A stretch of DNA of 63,702 nt, the filler included, from Folioceros fuciformis (Eukaryota): NCBI GenBank assembly GCA_049999805.1. It is 17 parts of 17 records of this genome, joined end to end, with 100 filler letters (N's around TTAATTAATTAA, not from the genome) between each part and the next. Parts side by side here need not be neighbours in the genome. Positions count along the whole stretch, not along the records: positions 1 to 5,172 come from JBNGIO010006501.1; positions 5,273 to 10,444 come from JBNGIO010006502.1; positions 10,545 to 18,763 come from JBNGIO010006503.1; 14 more parts are not named here. The stretch is one strand, 5' to 3'. This document shows, in pieces, positions 1 to 11,290 of this stretch. Below the pieces are notes generated by a model. That model made no database searches. It saw only the letters and a list, made by a program, of their open reading frames with translations, and was not told the origin of the DNA. How positions within the stretch are numbered: the stretch's first letter is position 1; the number at the start of each line of letters is the position of its first letter. Made by a program: the position numbers and the translations under genes.

Positions 1-112
1 GTGACTCTTCGTGACTCATCTCGTAGTGACTCTTCGTGACTCATCTCTCATACGCTCTCTGAGCATTTCCTTGTACAGTTTTCAGATTCACAATCCACAG
101 GATCAATTTACA
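1..112 (+). repeat. Probable 3' end of an LTR containing a 25-bp tandem repeat (copy at 5273-5384)
   Basis: GTGACTCTTCGTGACTCATCTC occurs at 1 and 26. The pyrimidine-rich segment ends ...TTTACA, where PPR-like sequence abruptly begins. No PBS follows. Confidence 0.4.
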
Positions 113-138
113 GTCTTGCCGTTCTCAATTTGAGACAG

Positions 139-291
139 GAAATGCGCAGGTTGAGTGCGATTGCGATTCCAGATGGGTATGTGTTTGTGGCTGCCCTCCA
201 GGCTTGTGCAAGGGGAGGAGATTTGAAGTCTGGGCGGTATGTGCATGCTGATGTGTTGGCTTGCAACAAACTAAATGTTCTCATTGCATAG
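139..291 (+). pseudogene. PLS-class PPR gene fragment (L-type motif)
   Basis: Manual translation EMRRLSAIAIPDGYVFVAALQACARGGDLKSGRYVHADVLAC...* fits the PPR pattern PD..F...L.AC...GDL..G..VH. It shares VFVAALQA with the PPR near 24860. Confidence 0.8.
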
Positions 292-1398
292 CTGGGGCAG
301 ATAAGAGGAGCGTCCTGATCCGGCTCACCGACTCCCTGCACAGTCTCCTTGCTTAGCTATGGCTACAACGAGACTTCAGTAACCTCAAATCAACAAGCCG
401 CCCGCTACAACAGCTGTTGCTCCCGTCGATGCGGCTACGGTTTCTTCTATGAAAATCTTGTTTTGATGTAGTTGATTCCGCCGAGCGAAACAATTCTGCT
501 CACGCGCGTTTGTCAGCCTGGCTGCGAAGTTCCATCCCCGGAATTCGGAGATCCGACCGTCGCCCTTGGCTTGTTGCAAGGCGTCCATTCCCGTGGGGCC
601 GCGGGATGCATTCTTCCAGCCTCCACAGCCACCCGTTCCTGCCAATCTCTCGAGTCGGAATTACTGCTGTGCCACCCTCCAGCAATGTACACATTGCTCC
701 AGGACTCGATTCATGGCCAACATTGGGACTCCGTGCCTCGTCCTCATCGGACTCAGCACCTAGCTCCTGAGCGACGCCGCCTGTGGCTGGTGCAGTGGCC
801 TGCCGTGGTCCGCGGTCTTCTCCGTCATGCCTAGATGCGTGGGCCGGCCCAAGTAGCTCGAGAAGCAGGCCACTTCCTGCCTCACAGCTCCGCCCTCCAG
901 ATGTCTTGCCACAGCGGCGATGCTGAATCCAACGTGAGCCCGGGCTGTACACATCGTGTGGCCCTCCTCCAGTCGCCGCCGGGATAGCCTTCCCCGCGAC
1001 TTCAATCCCGGTGGATTGCGCTCAGTGCTTCAAGATCGGGGCAGTCCGGTGCCACATCTCCCTGAAGGAGCGATCTTCATGTCAGGGCTTGCACCCAGGA
1101 ACGATGGGTCAGAACGATGGATAGTAGAAGTAGTAGCTAACAAGCACCGGCTCCTCCTCCAGTCTGAGATCCAGGGCCTTGGTGCTGGCCGCCTGCTGGT
1201 GTAGGAAGAGCAGATGCCAAAATGGCCGTGGGGCTGTCGCTGTTACCACTGCGTCCTCCAGCGAATCGTCCTCTTAAACGATTCACAGAACAGATGTATG
1301 GGCTGTGAATGTCCATAATCTCTGGATGCCTGATCTGCCAATGCCTATGATGCTGCGCATCGCGTGCTAGCTGTTTGCTTCTCCTATTGACTTAAAAA

Positions 1399-1854
1399 AT
1401 GCCTAGAAGACGGAGAGCCGCACGGTGCGTGGCCCCTCCCATTTCGCAGCTGCCAAGGGAACAATCCCATAACAATCCTCACAGGAATTGGGCGCCTCCA
1501 CAGCGTGATCAAGGGAGGGTCACTACCCATCGAAATTGGGTACCCCATGCTAGGGAACAAGGCACGACAAGTCTCTCTGAAATTCTTAGTGAAAGGAGAC
1601 AGTTTCTGCGTTGGGAGAATCCTAACAACAAAATTGCAGCATGGGAACAACACGGCCTTACCTTGCCCAGGCAAGGAGATGTGCCTCCCTATATCAATCC
1701 CAAAGCCATGGTTCATTGCTTCAATGAGATCAGTGAAAGGATCGATGCTGTAACCTGTATGCTTGAGAGCCTGCAACAACCGAGAGAGGAAACCCTACAT
1801 GTTCGGAGGCCACAGACGCCTCCACCACCCGAAAATTGGAACGATAAAACTTGA
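1399..1854 (+). CDS. Uncharacterised 151-aa ORF ('ORF0') ending 231 nt upstream of copia gag
   Basis: ATG in AAAAA-ATG context. An internal 16-aa repeat (HRNW.P..R[DE]QG) is kept through synonymous codons. C-terminal amphipathic helix and Pro-rich tail. Confidence 0.6.
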   Translation: MPRRRRAARCVAPPISQLPREQSHNNPHRNWAPPQRDQGRVTTHRNWVPHAREQGTTSLSEILSERRQFLRWENPNNKIAAWEQHGLTLPRQGDVPPYINPKAMVHCFNEISERIDAVTCMLESLQQPREETLHVRRPQTPPPPENWNDKT

Positions 1855-2085
1855 ACTTTGCATCGTTTGGAGCCACGAGACATACCTGCCAGAGAAGGTC
1901 ACGTCTGTTGGTGATGAATTGGCTTCATGTGAAGCTTGATAACCATGCAGGTTACTAAATAACCAACCAAGTGGTGCCAAAATACCTAGAAGGTTGTTGC
2001 TGTAGCTGGCGTTGTAAGGATCATAATTCTCACAGTCCACCTACAGGCACAACAGGGCAGGTATTAACACACTTCTTCCGCTGCA

Positions 2086-5000
2086 ATGGCAACTAACACA
2101 GCTAACATATCAGGAGTCGATTACAGAGATCGATTCAATGGAACCAAGTATAACATTTGGACAATCCGGATGAAGTCTACACTTGAGTTCAAAGAGGTAT
2201 GGAAGTACGTGTATGGTTCCTCACCTTGTCCCACACTAACTGCAGCCTCAACCTCTACGGCCACAACAAGCACGGCAGCTGTCACTCAAGCTGATGTAGA
2301 CCTCTGGAACCATGGAGATAGGACTGCAAAGCATCTGATCATCAATGCTTTAGATGAAAGCATGATGGATCATGCTGCAGGATATGACACATCCAAAGAG
2401 ATTTGGGATGGTCTGGCTAATCTCTACCAAGTTCAGAATGTCATGACCCTTGTAGAAGCAAGGATGAATTTTCAGTCCTTGCATTTGAAAGAAAAGGAGA
2501 GTGTTTCGGCTTACCTAGGAAAATTTAGGTACCTCCGTTCACAACTCTCACTCCTCGGCTCTAAGATGATAGAGCTGGATGCCATTGCACAACTGCTGGC
2601 CAATCTCCCTCAAAGTTGGGAGAGTTTTGCTTCACAACAAAACGGGCCCCTACAGACAGCTTCAGCTGCTGTCGCAGCGGGTGGATCTTCAACACTCACA
2701 ATTGCAGGTCTCTCAGCTTCAATGCTGCAAGAGGAGACCAGGAGAAGACTGAGCGCAGCCTCATCTTCAACTGTGAATTCTGACAAAGTGCTCCTGGCTG
2801 AAAGGAAGCCCAAATGGAGTAAGAAGGGAGGGCAAGGCAAACCTACTAGCATTAGCTACAACAAAGGTGATAAGAAGAAGAAGAAAGGAGCATGCAATTG
2901 GTGTCTAATTGAAGGGCATTGGGAGCGTGACTGCCGTAAGAAAAGGGCAGGTGAACCATGCAAGAACAAGCCTCACAAAACACATGTTGCTGAATCGACA
3001 AGCAGGACTGTACCTTCAATTATGATAGTATGCTTCCTTTCTACTCGTACATCATCCTCTTTGTGGTACTTGGACTCCGGAGCATCTGCTCACATATGCA
3101 ACAACATGAGTTGCTTCAAAACATTTGCTGCTGATTCCTCAGGGCAAGTTGTTATAGTGGCTAACGAGAGATCAGTTGCTGTGAAGGGCAAAGGGACAGT
3201 GATTTTACACACCTCTGTAGGAACAGATTTACACCTACGGGATGTCCTCTGCGTACCCTGCATGACCAAAAACCTGGTTTCAGTGAAGGCCCTTACCTCT
3301 AGCAACAATGTCACCTTCCTATTTACAAGACACGGCTGCAGGTTATTCTAGGGTGACACAACTGATCAATGCATCGCTGAAGGAACAGCGCAGGACGACT
3401 TGTATGTATTACAACTCTTACCTGCGGGCTCTTGTACCACCCCGTCGAGTGGGAGTAGTGTTGCTTGTGTGGCAGGCTCTTTTTCTTCGAGAACACTCTT
3501 GTGGCACATGCGTTTTGGCCACATGAATCTCCCAAAACTTCTGCGTCACACACAGGCTGATTATTTTAGAATAGGTGAAGGTCTCCCCAAATTAGGGAAA
3601 CAAATTCAAGTCTGTGAGTCTTGTGTTATGGGTAAGCACAAGTAGCTCCCCTTCACCAACAGTAACCCTACAAAGAGAAACCAGCCTGTTAGAATTGTTA
3701 CACGCAGACATATGTGGACCGCTAAGTGAACCTTCACTAGGTGGAGCAGAGTATTACCTGGTCATCGTTGACGATTATAGTAGGTTCACTCACACCTATC
3801 CACTGAAGAGGAAAAGTGAAGCATTCACTATCTTCCAGGACTTCAAAACAATGGCTGAATCATAGATAGGATCCAAAGTTCGCTGCTTACGGACAGATAA
3901 TGGGGGTGAGTTCAGCTCCAATCCTTTTAAGGACTGGTGTAAAGCTCATGGAATCATGCGTCAATACACGGTACCTTATACATCCCAACAAAATGGGATA
4001 GCTAAGAAGAAGATTGGAGACATTGCCAGCGCAGCAAGGACAATGCTCTATGCCTCCAATCTCCCCAAGCCCTATTGGGTTCAGGCTGCCGTAACAGCCA
4101 CCTACGTCATGAACAGGATGCACACATCAGCCATTCCGTTAGGGACAACACCATTTGAGTTGTGGCATAAGAGAAAACCAGGAGTGGCTCACCTAAGAGT
4201 TTTCGGTTGCACTGCTTGGGCCCTTGTTCCCCTTCAGGGAAGACCTAAGTTAGCGAAAAGGGCAACCAAGCACATCTTCGTCGGTTATGGAGATCAGGTG
4301 AAAGCATACAAATTGTATTCTCCCTCCACCCTTCAACTGACATATGCCAGGAGCGTTGTCTTCAACAAAGCTCTTGTCATATAGCGTGCTGTGGGAGTTT
4401 CAACTGCAATTGGAGACTCGAGCCAGCAGCCATCACGGGAATTTATCACTACACAACCAGACTTGTTCATGGGAGGAAAAAGTTCGGATTCTCACACATA
4501 TCCTGATGACGATAATCCCGATGACGATGATGACAACCCCGATCCCAGTGCTAGTTTCCAACTACCCACTCCAAGTGTTTTCTCTGGTTTTCAACCGGCC
4601 TTCATTGATCACAATTTTGGCTTGTATCCCCTTGCCCATGGACCGGTAGAATATGCCGATGCTAAGGAGGAGTTGCAAGACAGCACGACATTGCCACATT
4701 TGTCCCTTGCACTCGTGCCTCATGAACAGGGAGGCCGTCGCGATGAAGGGCATGCCCCTGTCCTCCCCCTCGACCTAGGATCGGGACGGCATGCAGATGA
4801 ACACGCTGCTGATCCTCTCAGCACTACGCGTAAGGCAGGAGAATCTATAGCACCCGGACATGGTAGACAGGGTCCACATGACATGGGCAAACCAGATCAA
4901 AGCTGAAGAGCGTGGGTGCAACGACCTCCACATGAGCAGACGAGGCGAACTGGAAACGGGCTTGGGTCACCACCGGTTGCACTTGCCAGCCCTCGCGCTA

Positions 5001-5172
5001 GGGATTGCGCTGAGCAAACTGCACATGACCTCTTTGCGCTGGCACAAGGTGGAACATCCCACTCCGGCATGCAATAGGATGCAGGCCCGGTCCCTCAACA
5101 TCGCCCATCCACACGGGAGCGTCGGGCTCCCGTTCGTTGGTCTCCTGAGCCCCCCATATCTAGATCCCATAT
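2086..5172 (+). mobile_element. Ty1/copia gag-protease-integrase region, decayed; RT lies beyond the contig end
   Basis: Zinc knuckle CNWCLIEGHWERDC, protease WYLDSGAS, LWHMRFGH, integrase HADICGP/DDYSR/RTDNGGEF, linker motif RPSTRERRAPVRW. In-frame stops at 3349, 3643, 3863, 4382, 4904 and 5075, plus a frameshift near 3650-3670. Confidence 0.95.
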
Positions 5173-5272
5173 NNNNNNNNNNNNNNNNNNNNNNNNNNNN
5201 NNNNNNNNNNNNNNNNTTAATTAATTAANNNNNNNNNNNNNNNNNNNNNNNNNNNNNNNNNNNNNNNNNNNN
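5173..5272. other. Artificial contig-joining spacer (first of 16)
   Basis: 44 N + TTAATTAATTAA (stops in all six frames) + 44 N. Identical spacers start at 10445, 18764, 26281, 31009, 33373, 35821, 37473, 42613, 44110, 48188, 50840, 52249, 53631, 58697 and 62179. Confidence 0.99.
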
Positions 5273-5410
5273 GTGACTCTTCGTGACTCATCTCGTAGTG
5301 ACTCTTCGTGACTCATCTCTCATACGCTCTCTGAGCATTTCCTTGTACAGTTTTCAGATTCACAATCCACAGGATCAATTTACAGTCTTGCCGTTCTCAA
5401 TTTGAGACAG

Positions 5411-5563
5411 GAAATGCGCAGGTTGAGTGCGATTGCGATTCCAGATGGGTATGTGTTTGTGGCTGCCCTCCAGGCTTGTGCAAGGGGAGGAGATTTGAAG
5501 TCTGGGCGGTATGTGCATGCTGATGTGTTGGCTTGCAACAAACTAAATGTTCTCATTGCATAG
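5411..5563 (+). pseudogene. PLS-class PPR gene fragment (duplicate of 139-291)
   Basis: Same sequence at offset +5272. Confidence 0.8.
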
Positions 5564-6670
5564 CTGGGGCAGATAAGAGGAGCGTCCTGATCCGGCTCAC
5601 CGACTCCCTGCACAGTCTCCTTGCTTAGCTATGGCTACAACGAGACTTCAGTAACCTCAAATCAACAAGCCGCCCGCTACAACAGCTGTTGCTCCCGTCG
5701 ATGCGGCTACGGTTTCTTCTATGAAAATCTTGTTTTGATGTAGTTGATTCCGCCGAGCGAAACAATTCTGCTCACGCGCGTTTGTCAGCCTGGCTGCGAA
5801 GTTCCATCCCCGGAATTCGGAGATCCGACCGTCGCCCTTGGCTTGTTGCAAGGCGTCCATTCCCGTGGGGCCGCGGGATGCATTCTTCCAGCCTCCACAG
5901 CCACCCGTTCCTGCCAATCTCTCGAGTCGGAATTACTGCTGTGCCACCCTCCAGCAATGTACACATTGCTCCAGGACTCGATTCATGGCCAACATTGGGA
6001 CTCCGTGCCTCGTCCTCATCGGACTCAGCACCTAGCTCCTGAGCGACGCCGCCTGTGGCTGGTGCAGTGGCCTGCCGTGGTCCGCGGTCTTCTCCGTCAT
6101 GCCTAGATGCGTGGGCCGGCCCAAGTAGCTCGAGAAGCAGGCCACTTCCTGCCTCACAGCTCCGCCCTCCAGATGTCTTGCCACAGCGGCGATGCTGAAT
6201 CCAACGTGAGCCGGGGCTGTGCACATCGTGTGGCCCTCCTCCAGTCGCCGCCAGGATAGCCTTCCCCGCGACTTCAATCCCGGTGGATTGCGCTCAGTGC
6301 TTCAAGATCGGGGCAGTCCGGTGCCACATCTCCCTGAAGGAGCGATCTTCATGTCAGGGCTTGCACCCAGGAACGATGGGTCAGAACGATGGATAGTAGA
6401 AGTAGTAGCTAACAAGCACCGGCTCCTCCTCCAGTCTGAGATCCAGGGCCTTGGTGCTGGCCGCCTGCTGGTGTAGGAAGAGCAGATGCCAAAATGGCCG
6501 TGGGGCTGTCGCTGTTACCACTGCGTCCTCCAGCGAATCGTCCTCTTAAACGATTCACAGAACAGATGTATGGGCTGTGAATGTCCATAATCTCTGGATG
6601 CCTGATCTGCCAATGCCTATGATGCTGCGCATCGCGTGCTAGCTGTTTGCTTCTCCTATTGACTTAAAAA

Positions 6671-7126
6671 ATGCCTAGAAGACGGAGAGCCGCACGGTGC
6701 GTGGCCCCTCCCATTTCGCAGCTGCCAAGGGAACAATCCCATAACAATCCTCACAGGAATTGGGCGCCTCCACAGCGTGATCAAGGGAGGGTCACTACCC
6801 ATCGAAATTGGGTACCCCATGCTAGGGAACAAGGCACGACAAGTCTCTCTGAAATTCTTAGTGAAAGGAGACAGTTTCTGCGTTGGGAGAATCCTAACAA
6901 CAAAATTGCAGCATGGGAACAACACGGCCTTACCTTGCCCAGGCAAGGAGATGTGCCTCCCTATATCAATCCCAAAGCCATGGTTCATTGCTTCAATGAG
7001 ATCAGTGAAAGGATCGATGCTGTAACCTGTATGCTTGAGAGCCTGCAACAACCGAGAGAGGAAACCCTACATGTTCGGAGGCCACAGACGCCTCCACCAC
7101 CCGAAAATTGGAACGATAAAACTTGA
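6671..7126 (+). CDS. Uncharacterised 151-aa ORF ('ORF0'), duplicate copy
   Basis: Protein identical to 1399-1854. Confidence 0.6.
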   Translation: MPRRRRAARCVAPPISQLPREQSHNNPHRNWAPPQRDQGRVTTHRNWVPHAREQGTTSLSEILSERRQFLRWENPNNKIAAWEQHGLTLPRQGDVPPYINPKAMVHCFNEISERIDAVTCMLESLQQPREETLHVRRPQTPPPPENWNDKT

Positions 7127-7357
7127 ACTTTGCATCGTTTGGAGCCACGAGACATACCTGCCAGAGAAGGTCACGTCTGTTGGTGATGAATTGGCTTCAT
7201 GTGAAGCTTGATAACCATGCAGGTTACTAAATAACCAACCAAGTGGTGCCAAAATACCTAGAAGGTTGTTGCTGTAGCTGGCGTTGTAAGGATCATAATT
7301 CTCACAGTCCACCTACATGCACAACAGGGCAGGTATTAACACACTTCTTCCGCTGCA

Positions 7358-10300
7358 ATGGCAACTAACACAACTAACATATCAGGAGTCGATTACAGAG
7401 ATCGATTCAATGGAACCAAGTATAACATTTGGACAATCCGGATGAAGTCTACACTTGAGTTCAAAGAGGTATGGAAGTACGTGGATGGTTCCTCACCTTG
7501 TCCCACACTAACTGCAGCCTCAACCTCTACGGCCACAATAAGCACGGCAGCTGTCACTCAAGCTGATGTAGACCTCTGGAACCATGGAGATAGGACTGCA
7601 AAGCATCTGATCATCAATGCTTTAGATGAAAGCATGATGGATCATGCTGCAGGATATGACACATCCAAAGAGATTTGGGATGGTCTGGCTAATCTCTACC
7701 AAGTTCAGAATGTCATGACCCTTGTAGAAGCAAGGATGAATTTTCAGTCCTTGCATTTGAAAGAAAAGGAGAGTGTTTCGGCTTACCTAGGAAAATTTAG
7801 GTACCTCCGTTCACAACTCTCACTCCTCGGCTCTAAGATGATAGAGCTGGATGCCGTTGCACAACTGCTGGCCAGTCTCCCTCAAAGTTGGGAGAGTTTT
7901 GCTTCACAACAAAACGGGCCCCTACAGACAGCTTCAGCTGCTGTCGCAGCGGGTGGATCTTCAACACTCACAATTGCAGGTCTCTCAGCTTCAATGCTGC
8001 AAGAGGAGACCAGGAGAAGACTGAGCGCAGCCTCATCTTCAACTGTGAATTCTGACAAAGTGCTCCTGGCTGAAAGGAAGCCCAAATGGAGTAAGAAGGG
8101 AGGGCAAGGCAAACCTACTAGCATTAGCTACAACAAAGGTGATAAGAAGAAGAAGAAAGGAGCATGCAATTGGTGTCTAATTGAAGGGCATTGGGAGCGT
8201 GACTGCCGTAAGAAAAGGGCAGGTGAACCATGCAAGAACAAGCCTCACAAAACACATGTTGCTGAATCGACAAGCAGGACTGTACCTTCAATTATGATAG
8301 TATGCTTCCTTTCTACTCGTACATCATCCTCTTTGTGGTACTTGGACTCCGGAGCATCTGCTCACATATGCAACAAGATGAGTTGCTTCAAAACATTTGC
8401 TGCTGATTCCTCAGGGCAAGTTGTTATAGTGGCTAACGAGAGATCAGTTGCTGTGAAGGGCAAAGGGACAGTGATTTTACACACCTCTGTAGGAACAGAT
8501 TTACACCTACGGGATGTCCTCTGCGTACCCTGCATGACCAAAAACCTGGTTTCAGTGAAGGCCCTTACCTCTAGCAACAATGTCACCTTCCTATTTACAA
8601 GACACGGCTGCAGGTTATTCTAGGGTGACACAACTGATCAATGCATCGCTGAAGGAACAGCGCAGGACGACTTGTATGTATTACAACTCTTACCTGCGGG
8701 CTCTTGTACCACCCCGTCGAGTGGGAGTAGTGTTGCTTGTGTGGCAGGCTCTTTTTCTTCGAGAACACTCTTGTGGCACATGCGTTTTGGCCACATGAAT
8801 CTCCCAAAACTTCTGCGTCACACACAGGCTGATTATTTTAGAATAGGTGAAGGTCTCCCCAAATTAGGGAAACAAATTCAAGTCTGTGAGTCTTGTGTTA
8901 TGGGTAAGCACAAGTAGCTCCCCTTCACCAACAGTAACCCTACAAAGAGAAACCAGCCTGTTAGAATTGTTACACGCAGACATATGTGGACCGCTAAGTG
9001 AACCTTCACTAGGTGGAGCAGAGTATTACCTGGTCATCGTTGACGATTATAGTAGGTTCACTCACACCTATCCACTGAAGAGGAAAAGTGAAGCATTCAC
9101 TATCTTCCAGGACTTCAAAACAATGGCTGAATCATAGATAGGATCCAAAGTTCGCTGCTTACGGACAGATAATGGGGGTGAGTTCAGCTCCAATCCTTTT
9201 AAGGACTGGTGTAAAGCTCATGGAATCATGCGTCAATACACGGTACCTTATACATCCCAACAAAATGGGATAGCTAAGAAGAAGATTGGAGACATTGCCA
9301 GCGCAGCAAGGACAATGCTCTATGCCTCCAATCTCCCCAAGCCCTATTGGGTTCAGGCTGCCGTAACAGCCACCTACGTCATGAACAGGATGCACACATC
9401 AGCCATTCCGTTAGGGACAACACCATTTGAGTTGTGGCATAAGAGAAAACCAGGAGTGGCTCACCTAAGAGTTTTCGGTTGCACTGCTTGGGCCCTTGTT
9501 CCCCTTCAGGGAAGGCCTAAGTTAGCGAAAAGGGCAACCAAGCACATCTTCGTCGGTTATGGAGATCAGGTGAAAGCATACAAATTGTATTCTCCCTCCA
9601 CCCTTCAACTGACATATGCCAGGAGCGTTGTCTTCAACAAAGCTCTTGTCATATAGCGTGCTGTGGGAGTTTCAACTGCAATTGGAGACTCGAGCCAGCA
9701 GCCATCACGGGAATTTATCACTACACAACCAGACTTGTTCATGGGAGGAAAAAGTTCGGATTCTCACACATATCCTGATGACGATAATCCCGATGACGAT
9801 GATGACAACCCCGATCCCAGTGCTAGTTTCCAACTACCCACTCCAAGTGTTTTCTCTGGTTTTCAACCGGCCTTCATTGATCACAATTTTGGCTTGTATC
9901 CCCTTGCCCATGGACCGGTAGAATATGCCGATGCTAAGGAGGAGTTGCAAGACAGCACGACATTGCCACATTTGTCCCTTGCACTCGTGCCTCATGAACA
10001 GGGAGGCCGTCGCGATGAAGGGCATGCCCCTGTCCTCCCCCTCGACCTAGGATCGGGACGGCATGCAGATGAACACGCTGCTGATCCTCTCAGCACTACG
10101 CGTAAGGCAGGAGAATCTATAGCACCCGGACATGGTAGACAGGGTCCACATGACATGGGCAAACCAGATCAAAGCTGAAGAGCGTGGGTGCAACGACCTC
10201 CACATGAGCAGACGAGGCGAACTGGAAACGGGCTTGGGTCACCACCGGTTGCACTTGCCAGCCCTCGCGCTAGGGATTGCGCTGAGCAAACTGCACATGA

Positions 10301-10444
10301 CCTCTTTGCGCTGGCACAAGGTGGAACATCCTGCTCCGGCATGCAATAGGATGCAGGCCCGGTCCCTCAACGTCGCCCATCCACACGGGAGCCCGACGCT
10401 CCCGTTCGTTGGTCTCCTGAGCCCCCCATATCTAGATCCCATAT
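7358..10444 (+). mobile_element. Ty1/copia gag-protease-integrase region, near-identical copy of 2086-5172
   Basis: Same domains and the same inactivating lesions; about 10 substitutions plus a 5-bp inversion. Confidence 0.95.
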
Positions 10445-11290
10445 NNNNNNNNNNNNNNNNNNNNNNNNNNNNNNNNNNNNNNNNNNNNTTAATTAATTAA
10501 NNNNNNNNNNNNNNNNNNNNNNNNNNNNNNNNNNNNNNNNNNNNACCTATAGGTATAATCTCTTGAACATTTATGATGCCTTATACTCCTCCTTCTCATA
10601 ATTGTGGTCACACACTATCAAAACCTATTTCTGAGACGTTAGACAACAAATTTTTTTATAGACATTGCTTAATGTGCAATGAACTTTAAAATTTTTAGTT
10701 AATTAACAAGTTAATTTTTTCCGAAAAATTAACTTATTTTATAAATGATTCCACATTATAAAGATTAGATCTATGTTATATAGATGATTGACTCTAGGTC
10801 ATGAAGACTATATCTATGTTTTATACGTTATGACGCTAAGTCTAAGTATTAGATAAACAGAAAATAATCAATAAAATACACCTTTAGTAATTTATCTTAT
10901 CTCAAGTAAATAAGTTTTCTATTTTATTTTCTTTAATAATAAAAATTACGTATTATTATATTTTATCCTAGTCCCCTTTTTCATTCTTTCGCTCTAGTTT
11001 ATCGCTGTAGTTTAAGGTAGATGGGATCTTTTTAAAGTAGAATATACATACTCATATTATTTAATATTTTGAGCTTCTTACACGAGTTCCAAAACCCATA
11101 GAGCCCTAAACCCATTGTCATAGGATTTATTGTCAGAGTTTAGATCATATCAAACCAATCGTGCTGTTTTCAGTCCCAAGATAGAATTGGGTCCACTACG
11201 AAATTCATTTCTTCAAGTCTCTTACTGCGGATGACTTGGTCTCCATCCCAGAGTTCCTCCATTCCTTCTTCATATACTTTTTTGGCTTCA

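Noticed and set aside
3349-4384. TAG stops repaired by U-to-C RNA editing
   Set aside because: That editing is known from organellar transcripts. These nuclear elements also carry frameshifts and a catalytic E-to-K change, so decay explains them.
5217-5228. Recurrent TTAATTAATTAA motif and ORFs ending in X-runs or 'LIN'
   Set aside because: Synthetic linker within the N spacers.
1-10444. Apparent 5.3-kb tandem duplication
   Set aside because: The copies are separate contigs, so the tandem arrangement comes from concatenation.
10545-11100. AT-rich stretch as a second RIP region
   Set aside because: It contains CA and TG dinucleotides and is contiguous with a plant gene.
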